From: Chrysomallon squamiferum
Taxonomy: Eukaryota > Animalia > Mollusca
Length of the DNA stretch: 64,000 nucleotides
Assembly (NCBI GenBank): GCA_012295275.1
Contig: CM022667.1
Span: 1,364,001 to 1,428,000, forward strand
Reading direction: 5' to 3'
Shown: positions 28,492 to 40,897 of the stretch, one piece after another
Layout of the letters: every line of letters begins with the position of its first letter
Position numbering within the stretch: the stretch's first letter is position 1
Notes under the pieces: generated by a model
What the model saw: the letters and a program-made list of their open reading frames with translations, nothing else
Told to the model about the DNA's origin: nothing
Databases searched by the model: none
Made by a program: the position numbers and the translations under genes

Positions 28492-31400
28492 CAGCAGTCT
28501 GGTCCAAGGAGTAATGTACTGCCGCACTTGAGCTGCCTGGTCTGATCTGTACAGACACATGTAGGAGATGACAATCTGCTGGTACCACAGCAACAACACA
28601 AAACGGCAGTATTGCGTTACCTGTCACATTTTGCAGTGGTGACTGTGGTTCTGTATACATTATACTCTCCAATTACACATTAATTCATTTACATACCTTA
28701 TGTACCAGCAGGGAAAAGTGTTTGAAAGCTGGATGTGGGGAAAGGGTAGTCATTACGGCATTTATTACTTGGTAAGGCTGTGTGCATACGTTTTCTAAAA
28801 GTACAACAAAATGTCTTCCGTTTTTTTTTTTTTTTTCTTTGGATTTAAATAATCAATTTCTGACAGAGAAGAAAATAAACTGATAAAACACACTCAACTT
28901 ACAGTTAAATTCAGCATTCAACGAGCAACATAAGATTGTGCATTTTAACAAAGACTTAAAAAAGTGGAAATTTTTACAAATACTTATGTGTTTATACCCA
29001 TTCGAGACAAGATGTCTGCAAAGAACAATTAAAAAAAAACACAAAAAAAAACAGTGTTTCTAAATTTCTAAAAATAAACAATCAAGAATCAGAGATGTTT
29101 GTTTAATTTTGTCAACATTTGATTTGGTCAATCAAAATGTGTTAAAGCCCATCCACAAATGCTTCAAGAAGCACTTCACTTGAGCATGTCTCCATGGGAG
29201 CAGTGAAAAAGTGCAATTAAGAGTGCCAAATCAGAGTCCCTCCAAAGACATTTCATGCAGAAAATAATTCATTCAAAATGTAATTGTCACAGAGTAAAAA
29301 CCTGTCTGATTCAAAAGCTAGAAAAATTACACAAAGTTAAACCAGACTCTGTGTTTGATGTATTGGTTACTATTATCTGAATAATCATCATGTTGCAAAG
29401 ACAACAAAATAATAATTACAGTACAACAAATGTGAATCTCAGCAATGTCTTATATTTTGTCCTATCTTCTGTAATTTTCTAGATGTCCATTATTTATTTG
29501 AATAATAAGTGTAAATATGCGATAATAAAAAAAAAAAAAAAAAATTATTATTTATTTTAATTATTTACCCAATTTACTATGTTATTAAATTTTCTCAACT
29601 TTTTTTTAGAGGTTTGTTAAAAAATAAAAATATAACACCTATATACCATTATTTTCCTTTAATTTATTACTTTTTTATTAGTATTGTTATTGTATCACAA
29701 TGTATCTATTAAGTTTACTGTTGAAATATTATCTAATTCAATATATACTGATTCAAATGAGCAATTACAGAAATATTTAACTAAAAATTCATCAGTTTGA
29801 TGTTTATGAATGTATAAATTGTAAACCAGATAATACTTGATGATATATTGTAAAATATAACCATATTAGCAAAATAGTCATGTCCAAATAATTTAAATAA
29901 ACAGAAAGACTGAAAATTATCTTTTATTAAAACATATTATGTTAAATAAAATTTTGAATTAGGTTTTTGATTCCTATGGATGAACAGATTACCAAATTAA
30001 ATCATTCTGCATTTGAAAATTTTAATCTCAAAACAGGATTCAAATATTTTGAACTTCTATACATGTAAAAAAAAAAATAATAATAATAATATATATCTGT
30101 ATCATTACACTGAAATGAAAAAACACCTCTGTTACTGTTTGAACATACAATCAAATTAACCTGCACTGTTATCCACCCACATTTTATTTGTTCTTTTTTC
30201 CACTATTTAAAAATTAATTTGTGTTAAATGCCAGAGGCCATAAGATGCAGTGTCAGTTTACCAAAAAAAAAAAAAAAAACAATAACAGTTGAATGAACAA
30301 GCCAAAATAAATCAGACCTAGCAATGTATTATTTTGTACATTAAATATTTGTATTAATATTGTTCATTAAAATTTTAAATATATTTCAATACACCCAAAC
30401 AAAGTGTTTCTTTATTGCATAGAGCACTACAGTTTATTTTGAATGGTATATCAAAACCACAATGAATTGTCCTTTAAATTATATATCTTATCTTTTACAT
30501 GGTTGTCAGAGCAACACTAAGATCAACAAGGTTTTGTTTTCAATGCCTAGAATCTAGATCAAGAGTTTGTGTACTGCAATGCATTCTGCCAGATCTTTTA
30601 AATATTTACTTGCATAGCCTATTACATCCATGTCATTTTGAGTGTCACTGCATTTCTTGTTATTGATATAATAAACATTGGCTGATCACATAATAAAAAG
30701 AAACAAAAATTATGTATTATATAACAAACGGAAACTATAGCTCTCTATACTTAAGTAACATGCAGTTTATGTTACATAATCAAAGGAAAATATGACGATA
30801 AACAACATTCAACATCAAACAAGGCTGTTTTTGTCTTTTCTTTTTTTTACTGGAATTTTTAAAAATGCACTTGTTTCTATTTAACAGCAACTGCAACTTA
30901 TCACATGGATGTTCATACATACATTTTGAAGAGAATTTTAAAATAATTAGTTAATGTTCTGTTAATTTATCAGGAAAATATATGAAAACCTGTTGACTTT
31001 CCATTTTGTGAACACACATTATATACACACATATACATTATATATACATACACATTTCACCTGACCATAAATAAAACTATTAAATTTACATTTATTTATG
31101 AAATGATTTGCTGAATCTTACCTGAACTACCAAAGAACACTCAACTAATTACAAATTTATATGTTACTGAGAGTAATGTAAACGGAAGAAAAATTGTTGT
31201 TAGTCAAACATATCACCATTTTAATACGAAATTAATGTTAATTCATTAAAGATTATCTTCACTTATTACATGAATGAACAGTTTAGAAATATTCTGCATG
31301 CTTCCTGGTTATGTCTTACTGGAGGTATTTTATCACTCTTAGTTAATAATGAAGTTTAACAACAAATAAGATAAAAAATACTTGTAGTCATGACATTCTG

Positions 31401-33308
31401 TACAGACGGTGTTAAAGTTTCTTCTAGTAAAAATAAACCTATATGCAATGCCATCATGAATCTGGTTATGAAGTGTTTTCTAGCAAGATTATTTTACTGC
31501 CATACTATATACTCCAAGATTAGATTTTCGTAATTATGCTCAAATTAGAAAACAAGATATTCAGTTATTTTGAATAAATATTAACACCTCAATTAGAAGA
31601 GAAGAAAAACTATATCTTTAAATGTAACATCAAACAATAACTATTAACTTTAAATTTTGTTTTTTATTTTGAAAAGAAATTTAGCTGTTATTTATTTTCA
31701 GTAAAATGTTTTTTTCAAAATTAATTTTACTTTTGATTATGAGACATAATCCTACAAAGTACAAACATTATACAATATTTATATATTCTGTCTTAAAATA
31801 AACATTTTTATGAAAACATAACAATAGTTATACTTAAAACAAAATTTTATTTTGCCTTGTATTAAATCCTTATAAAATAAAAAAGATAAAACTTACTAGC
31901 ATTAGAACAACTTCACACACTTAATGATGAACAAAAATTATAATAAGAAAATTTAGAAGTTAATTTTTCAGTTCCTCTTTGCAATATTGATTATTGCTTT
32001 TTGTGGCTGTTATTTTATTTTATTTATTTAAAAGAGAAAAAAAATGCAAAATATTGCTTATAAATGAAAAAAATGTTGAAATGACAGCTGTTGTTAAATA
32101 ATTTCAGAAAGATATGAAAGATAGTCAGCCCATTTACTGAAGGTTTTGTAAATATCAGCCCTATTCTTACACTTAAATAGAAAATATTAATACTTTAATG
32201 AAAAGCTTTAAAAATAGTATTTTTCAGCTTTAAAATTATAAACAAAAATTGTTAACACAATGTTTTATATTGTGAATACATCATTTGCAATTAAATATGG
32301 AAGCAGCAATTATCAAAACAAATCTAAAGGAAAATTTTTTTAATAAATTCATTTCCATTTATAGCAGCATTATTTTCGGAAAATATATATGTGAAAGAAA
32401 TATATTTATAATAAAGACCTAAATAATTAATTACTGGTTTACTATTTGAAATAAAGATTAAAGAATGTTTCAAAAAACTGATTATATTATTTGGTAATAA
32501 CTAGTTACTAGATATATGTTCTGTTAAATTTAATAAATATGATTAAACACCCATTATCTGTGGTTTTTAAGTAATAATTTAATGCTATAAATTTGTTCAG
32601 TTTATTTTAAACTTTTGAATACTAATCACTATTGTTTTAAGCCTAAACTGTTTGCCATAATAACAGATAAAATTTCTGACTGCAAATTTTAGACAGAATA
32701 TTTATTTTAATCTGAGAAAGGTGAAAATACTGCAGAATACAGTTTGTAAATTTTACTGTTTTTATTATTATTATTATTATTTTCTTAAATCATCTATTTT
32801 AATTTTTTAACTTATAAATGCAAATTAATTCAAATGCATGTGTAAAAAATGTCGTAACTGCTAGCCGATTGACATTATTTAATTCTTACAAAACTTGAAA
32901 TTTAAGATAAAGGTACATTCTCCACAATTTCTGTTTCATGTTTAATACATTATTTTCTGAACTTTAATAATATACCTATAAACAAAAACATCATAACTAA
33001 TCAGATGATAGTATCTAGCAACCATATAACATAAGTCATAACCATATTTTGATACATTTTAAAATGCTTTCTACAGATTCTCAAAAGAAAAATCCAAACT
33101 ATTTATATTTTTTTTTATTGAGTTAAATTTATGGGTACATTCGTTTGATTGCAGGAGAATGACATAGGACAACGCTATGTCACAGAGACAAATTTCTTAC
33201 ATATGCTATCATGCCAGTTTACAAGATACTGCAGTTATGATATCCGCCATATTGGAACGTCAAACAAATTTAGGGGGTGCATGCAGTGTCAATGAAATAT
33301 ATACTTAC

Positions 33309-33363
33309 CAGTATTGCATCTCTAATATTTCTTTTGATGTCTTCTATTTTTCGTTTTCGTTCT
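33309..33363 (-). CDS. GNAS: G alpha-s coding exon 3 (55 nt; equivalent to human exon 4)
   Basis: Acceptor TTTTAG|, translation ERKRKIEDIKRNIRDAIL, donor CTG|GTAAGT. Phases fit both neighbours. Confidence 0.95.
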
Positions 33364-33560
33364 CTAAAATAAAAACATTAGAATTATTGTAAATGAATAC
33401 AACTAAGAATATAATACGAGTTAAATACATGTAAGAGATCGACCTGCCTCCCCTAATTGTCGGCGTTAGAAACGATCATGCATGCATAATTAGAAGCGGC
33501 CATTGAACATGACCACAATAAATAAACGAAATCAAGGCCATAAACAGAACATTAACTTAC

Positions 33561-33633
33561 TCTGGATCGAATCCATTCACGTGCAATATCTTCATCTGCT
33601 TCACAATAGTTGATTTTCCAGACTCCCCCGCAC
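33561..33633 (-). CDS. GNAS: G alpha-s coding exon 2 (73 nt, P-loop)
   Basis: Acceptor TTGAAG|, translation (G)[23 protein letters not shown](E) containing the G1 box GAGESGKS, donor GA|GTAAGT. The size matches human GNAS exon 2. Confidence 0.97.
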
Positions 33634-33757
33634 CTTCAATAAACAAAAATACACCATGAATATAGATTAAATGATTGTGTGTATTAGAATATTCTAACGG
33701 AGTGCCGACAGCCTACCATGCCAATCGCGCTAAGACGCCGCCATTTCAGCTACATAC

Positions 33758-33893
33758 CTAGCAATAACAACCGATGGGTCGCCCGGTATATTTGTTTGTC
33801 CTTTTGTAACTGTTTTTCAATCTTTCTATTTGCTTCCTTCCGCATTTTATCATCCTCGTCCTCCTGACTTCTGAACTGGCGAAAGCACCCCAT
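33758..33893 (-). CDS. GNAS: G protein alpha-s subunit, coding exon 1 (136 nt)
   Basis: Manual translation gives [46 protein letters not shown]. The [19 protein letters not shown] segment is diagnostic of G-alpha-s, and Cys3 is the palmitoylation site. Start context is AGTATGG and the phase-1 donor is G|GTATGT. Confidence 0.97.
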
Positions 33894-34260
33894 ACTGGCT
33901 CGATTTCGGCCAGTTTGCTCTCGTGCCGCAGAATGATAAACCCCTAGGTATCCAATGTCAGAACACTAAAAATTTCCCTGCTTCCCTTCTAGACCTGGTG
34001 TCCAGGGCTAGAGGGCGTTACTTCCCGGCCCTCACGGTTTCTCTCCAGGTATATCATGAAAACTGTATACAATCCCGTGCCGACATTGATAACTACATAC
34101 CACACTCAACATCGCTTTGACAGGCATGTGCTGGGTGGGGCTAGTGTTAGGAATGCCGGGAAAAATTGCTCAATATATTTTCGTTCAGCGTCAAAAAGAG
34201 CTTGAGAGCGCTTGCGGAAACCTATTTGTTAGAAAATCAGACGGCTCAAGAAAAATTACC
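33894..34260 (-). promoter_or_regulatory. G alpha-s 5' leader / proximal promoter (GC- and CpG-rich island)
   Basis: An abrupt GC/CpG-rich block lies directly upstream of the ATG in an otherwise AT-rich background. The TSS cannot be determined from sequence. Confidence 0.65.
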
Positions 34261-34680
34261 TACTTATTAAATTGTTTTGTTTTAATTAGACGAAATATCT
34301 TCTAACAAGTTTTCTATTTTCTTTCACTGACTTTTTTTTTATCAATTTTAATTTATTTTAAAATCATATATATAATATTTGATTTAATAGTAAATTATTA
34401 TGTGACGAAATTGTAATATTTTTTCTCCCATATAATGCATGCACAATGCAGTTCTAAATTTATTTAAATGTGCACATGTGTGCATTTGCAGAAATAATAT
34501 TCGAAAAGTAATACACTTTTATTTCTTCTTCTTTTCTTTTTCTATCTTTCTTTCTTTTTATTTTATGCAGTTCATAAAATATATATTTAAGGAGATAATT
34601 TTTAATATTTTGTAATTACTATATTTATTTAATTAATTTTTATTATCATAATATCTGTATTAAAATTTATGTAAATAGTT

Positions 34681-34739
<59 letters not shown>

Positions 34740-35750
34740 TGTTGTTGTTGTTGTATTTTTCCTATTCATATATTTTTAATTTCCTAGATATCTATTATTT
34801 ATTTTAATGACTATTGTAAATATGCGATGTTGTTACAAAATCATTTAAACTGGACGATTGAACTTTTGTAAAATAACTGATTACAAAAAATATTTTTAAA
34901 GCACTATATATGTATAATAATTTTGTATTATTTATTTATTTACTGTTACTAAACAAAATAATTTCAGCAGTGGTTTTTGAACTTTTGTTATAGTTTTATT
35001 ATTTATGTTATATATGTATAATGCTTATTGTAGAAACGGATCTAATTCAGCACAATCTCATTCGCGTTAGCAAACATTTTGTAAACTGAACGCACCCGCT
35101 ATTTTCATTTCCGGACATTTTCGGAATTTTCCGTTCACGACAACAGAAAAATAAATGAATATTGAAACTTTTTCATATTATTTCGTTCTTCGTATTATTA
35201 TTATTATTTTAAGTAATTGTGAACGTTCTGCGCTATGAATGTATTTCATGAATTTAACTAATGTCAGTGGAGGTAACAAACGCGTTCACTGTCGTAATCA
35301 GAGCCTTCTGTTTTTGACACTAGATAACCTAACTCAATTAATTAGTTTGTTACGTCCACAAGTCGGTATTGGACACGCACAATTGATTATGAGACATAGT
35401 TCTTGATTACGTCATATCACATAATAAATGTTGTTCTTATTGTTATTTACACGACAGTACACATTAATAATGCCATTTCTATTAATTCTGTTAACAATAA
35501 AGTTCAGAACAGTGTTATTTGCCAGAATTTTAAGATACTTATATTTTATTGAGTCTGAATTTCAGGACCAACATAATTAACTTTCTGAAACTCTCACTTT
35601 GTGTGTGTATGCGTATATGCGTGCGAGAGGGAGAGCATATTGTTAAAGAATATATATATATATACTTTTGTTAATTCATTTACATTAGCTTGACAAAGTC
35701 TTATCTGTTGTTTTGTTTGTTGTTCTTTCTTTCTTTCTTTTTTGTTTAAA

Positions 35751-35800
<50 letters not shown>

Positions 35801-38161
35801 TTTATTAGAAAAGACATTAAATTAATTTATAGTGCCATTTATTATCGTTTGTTAACATATCACCCGGTATGTTATATTATGATACGTCACGTTATATTAT
35901 ATTATTATTATTTATTTATTTTTACTGTTGTATTACGTCACATTGTGTACTTTACTTTTGTATTACATTATGTTATAATTTACAAATACATAATTTAATT
36001 TGAATAATTATTAAAACTACTTTGTTCAAATAGGATGTGAAATAAAAATATTTAAAATGCTACTCTTCATAATTAGAAGCAATGAATCTTCACGCAAATA
36101 CGTACGTAAACATGCACATACATGCATGCTCGCACATATATTTATAAATACGTTAAAATGTTAAAATGGTTCTTCATTACAAAGAAAAAACATCTGTGTA
36201 ATTACTAATGGACCATTTGTGTTTAAATAAATAAGAACGAAAATGTTATAAGCTTCAGTTAAATTACTTTGGATGAAACTAAGCATGAAGGATCATAAGA
36301 TGCATTCTTGTTAATGACAAAGAGTACTAAAAATTGATGTGCATTTTTCGGTCAAAATATATTATTATTATTGTTGTTGTTGTTGTCATTAATAGCTTAA
36401 TCATTATTATCACCATTATTACTGTCAATTATTGTTAGTTTTTATTTATATTTTTTATCATACTTATCATCTTCAACATGATCATTTTTATCATTTTGTA
36501 TTATTATTATTGTTGTTATTATCCCAAACATCATCATCACTGTCTCTATCATCATCATCATTATTAAGTGATGATCATTATCTTTGTCTTTATTATGATT
36601 ATTAACCTCTTGATTAAAGTGATTACTTTTGACATTTTGTTTCTGAAAAAAATGCATGAAATTATAATTTTTGTATGAGAACATACATAAATGTAAGATA
36701 AACAAAGAATTCCTTTTTGCATAAGAGAAAAAAAGATATTTTGAATTCAGTAGTATATTTTTATATTTATAAAATAGTTTCATATGAATTATAATTTTAA
36801 AAAGATGATTTAAAATAATGATTTTCAGTTCTTAATTTACAGTATATTTAATATCCTTGTAAACATTTTTGAAAATAAATATTTTAATTATTTATATTAT
36901 TTATATTATTCTATTATATTGTGATGTATTTATTTACCTACTTATTTACTTTCTTTTTTATTTATTTGTTTGTTTATTTGGTTTTCATATAGGGTATTTT
37001 TTTTTAATATTTCTGTTTTTTACTGGAAGAATTATCAGATTTTGTGCATTTGTTTTATAAGTTTATTTATTTATTTATTTCTGGCAAAATATATATATAC
37101 ATTATTATTTATGAAACTTATTTATAATTGAAAGTTATATCAAATACTAGAAAATATATTATCTTCATCACTATAATTATTCATTATCTTCACTTTCACT
37201 ATCAAGACATCATCTTCATCATTATCACTACTACTACTGCTATATATTAATTTTATTATTATTACCAAATATCATTGTTGTTGTTGTTGTCATTATTATT
37301 TTATTATCAATAATTCTAATTTATTATGGTATGCAGGGGCTGTGACTTTTTCTAACAGAAACAACAAATTACAAATAACTTTGAGAAGTAAATGTTTGTT
37401 TAGTAGTGGGTTTTTTTTAAAATGTATATTTATTGTTATTATTTCAAAAAACTAATTTATTCATAACAAAAGCTGTATAAATTATTTCTTCTCTGTGAAC
37501 CAGTCATCCCATCAAACTGAAACAAAAGAAATTAAAAAAAAAAAAGAAAGAAAGAAAGAATAGAAAAAAGAAAACAGAAAACAAATAGAAAAGAAAAAAG
37601 AGGAAAAAAATCAAAATTATGACATCACAAATCTGATATGAATCTGCCTGACTTTTATAACAGAATAATGTTTTTTACCAAACTAACCAACATTCTATAT
37701 TTAAAATATTTTTTATTGCTTAGAGGTTTAGGTTATGCTGGAAATAAACTTTAATCATATTTAGCTGTTGTATTCTTTATGGATTTTTTGTTTGTTTTGT
37801 TTGTTTGTTGCTATGTGAACAATCATTACTATGAAAGCTGGAATGTCATCCATTTGCATTGTGAAGTCCAGAAGTTTTGGTTATTGCAAATACTGGAATC
37901 TCAACATCCAGAGATGTCTTGCTTTGAAACTGAAGATACATAATTACACACCAAGCTTTATTGGTTCCTGAAGATGTTGTTAACATTGTTGTTGATGTTG
38001 TTGTTGTTATTATTATTATTATTATTATTGTTTTTATTTATTTAATGCTGTTGTTTATTATTGTAATTGTTTTACTTGTTATTTATTTTTATTGTTGTTG
38101 TTGTGGTTCCATTTGTTGCTGTTGTTATTTCATATATAATGAGTGCTCGACAATAGATTAA

Positions 38162-38280
38162 TCAAAGTCTGTGGTATGTGCTGGATGATGGTTTTCTTTC
38201 TCTTTTTCTGTGTTGACTTTAACCATAGGTTAAAAATGTTTCCAGGTACACCATTAAATAAAACGTCTGCATCTTTCTCT
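38162..38280 (+). mobile_element. Possible internally deleted copy of the same SINE family
   Basis: TCAAAGTCTGTGGTATGTGCT (start of the core) is followed by tail-like CTGTGTTGACTTTAACCATA...CATTAAATAAAACGT. The match is short and degenerate. Confidence 0.4.
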
Positions 38281-38297
38281 TTTTAGTGTTGTTGTTG

Positions 38298-38365
<68 letters not shown>

Positions 38366-39119
38366 AACAACCAGAAGAAACTAGTAATAATAATTCACAA
38401 AAAGGTTGCTAAACTCTGATGGAAATTTTTCATTGATAATTTATGAGACATAATTACATTCATAGTTAAAATAGACATTTGTTTAATTGTTACTCACAAG
38501 AATTCATTTACATGCATGTATGCGTAATGTTCTTTGATTTATATTTCGTACATGTGTTTTCGAAAATTTAATTATGATAGTTTATGTAAACAAAACAAAA
38601 AACCTGTTTTGAACTGATGAATAATAATATTGCCTTTTAAAAGAATTATTATTACATTCCTATTTCCATGAATTATTAAGCAGAATGCGTTCAAAAGAAA
38701 TGTATATTTATGCACATCATAAAATAAAGAAAAATAAATTGTTTTAAATAATTATAATGAACTTATTGTATACCGAATGCACTTATCTTTAGTAATCATC
38801 TAAAGTAGAAGAAAGAAACCTGGCAGAGTTATCTCCCATTATTTAACGTGAAATTGATATTATTTCTGAGATATTGTTTAATTTTGTCGGGACAGTCGAA
38901 GTTGTAACGTCACCGCGTAGACAGAACTTATGTTGTATTTTTTAAATAACTTAAGAAGAAACCTTAGTGCAAATAGGCCAACCTTTGTATGTGATGACGT
39001 CATGACTACATAAAACGTTTGCTACCAAGATTTTTAAAACTGCTTTTAGTATAATTCGTTATCGGTTAAGACTGGACAGCTTAAATTAAATAAAATATAA
39101 CATAAAAACATTCGCAATA

Positions 39120-39767
39120 CAGTAATACCTCGTTTTAACGATGTAACTGATTCCAGATTTCCAATCGTTAAGTGAGGTATCATTAAGTGAGAGGCTAATT
39201 TACATAGAATTAAGATTAACAACAATGGTTACGTTCTCGCTGATGAGATCTGACCCCCCCCAAAAAAAAAAAAAAATAAATAAATAAATAAATAAAACAT
39301 AAAAGGCATAATTATTTAATAGATCATAGATATTAAACAAACAATGAATCATTTACAAATCAGTTTATACAAATAGATTAAGAAATAATTATATGCCTTT
39401 CATTGTGGGTTTTGTGCTCATTTAAGATATCGTAGTTTGTTTCTAAAGTTATTGTCTTCCGCATCTTTTTATCATCAGCATTCGCCATATTGGAAGAATA
39501 CATTATAAACGCGTTAAGTCTAAATGGAAGCAAAAGAGAAGCGAGAATCTGAACATTACATGCACGTATGACGTCTGCAACTGATCAACACAGCTGAGGG
39601 AAGCTTTAGCGCGTGACTAAACGAAAAACGAACGAAAGACGAACGGATTTAAACACGTGCATTTTACCCATTTCTCTGATTTATTTTGAGCCATTAAATT
39701 TCTATTTATATAATTTGTATAAAAAAAGATCGTTTAAAGCGGGAGATCGTTAAGCGAGGTATTAGTG
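39120..39767. mobile_element. Non-autonomous pogo/Tigger-type DNA transposon (MITE), 648 bp
   Basis: Left end is TA|CAGTAATACCTCGTTTTAACGAT and right end is ATCGTTAAGCGAGGTATTAGTG|TA (reverse complement CACTAATACCTCGCTTAACGAT). This gives imperfect TIRs of about 22 bp with a TA target duplication. Subterminal copies of the TIR core occur (ATCGTTAAGTGAGGTAT near 39165, ATCGTTTAAAGCGGG near 39729). There is no transposase ORF. Confidence 0.85.
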
Positions 39768-40059
39768 TATATTTATACTGTTTTTTTTTTTTTTGGTCTA
39801 ACCTAGGAAAAGTTTAATTTGTAGATCTTTTTATTTTTTAATAAAATAATGCAGGCACAGCAGAGCGATATATTACCTTCACATGTAATATACGATATGC
39901 CTCTTGAGAACACGTGTACGATATGTCGATCATGAAACAAATATACTGTCAATAATTTACACAAACTTATGAAGGCATCGAGGTTTAGACAGAATCCCAT
40001 TAGTCAATAAAAACCAAAAAATAACAGTAGATTGTGCTTTATTTAATAATTAATGTAAA

Positions 40060-40060
<1 letters not shown>

Positions 40061-40121
<61 letters not shown>
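40061..40121. repeat. (AAT)n microsatellite; similar (ATT)n tracts at about 34683-34739, 35757-35798, 38302-38364 and 42928-42970
   Basis: Read directly from the sequence. Confidence 0.93.
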
Positions 40122-40802
40122 CATCAATCATCATAAAGATGAATCACAGAGTAAGAAAAATAAATTGTCTCTAATTCAACAGCGGCAATACGTTGCCCGA
40201 AGGGTAAATTATAAAGGTTAAATTTAACCTTGTTTTCACATTCTACCTTGTGAAAATTTGCTGTCCGCATATAAACTGTTCTATCAAATAAATAAATAAA
40301 TAAATAAATAAACAAACAAAATAAAATAAATAAATAAACAAAACTAACAAAACAGAAAAACCAAACAAAATAACCTAAACAATCTTCAAAACAAACAAAC
40401 AAACAAACATGGAAATAATTAAATAAATAAATAAATGTTTCCCTTTTGACAATTGATTGGGGCTAATTTCTATTTAACACCTCTTAAGAGTCTTATTTAA
40501 GGAGACCGGTTTACATTTGTAGGGATATCGTTAACATTTTAAACATCTTTATGACTTTAGCATTGTTTCGTGTTTTCCTTAATGCTTTTAGTTCGCATAT
40601 CAAGTTTATTAAATACTGATAAAATTTATTTACATGAAAAATCTAATCTGCGTTGAAAATAAGCAGGAACTGTCTATCCATATCAGTTACTAAATATTTT
40701 TAGTAAAATTAATAAGATCTAACTGAAACTTGTGCGCTAGTGAATTTTACCTTTTTAATAAATCAGAAGAGTAAATAACTGAACCTTTGCAGATATCACA
40801 AT

Positions 40803-40803
<1 letters not shown>

Positions 40804-40840
<37 letters not shown>

Positions 40841-40858
40841 AACACACACATATACACA

Positions 40859-40895
<37 letters not shown>
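40804..40895. repeat. (CA)n microsatellite
   Basis: Read directly from the sequence. Confidence 0.93.

Positions 40896-40897
<2 letters not shown>

Noticed and set aside
33923-34305. Plus-strand ORFs of 65 and 62 aa upstream of GNAS
   Set aside because: They have non-ATG starts and are by-products of the GC-rich promoter/leader.
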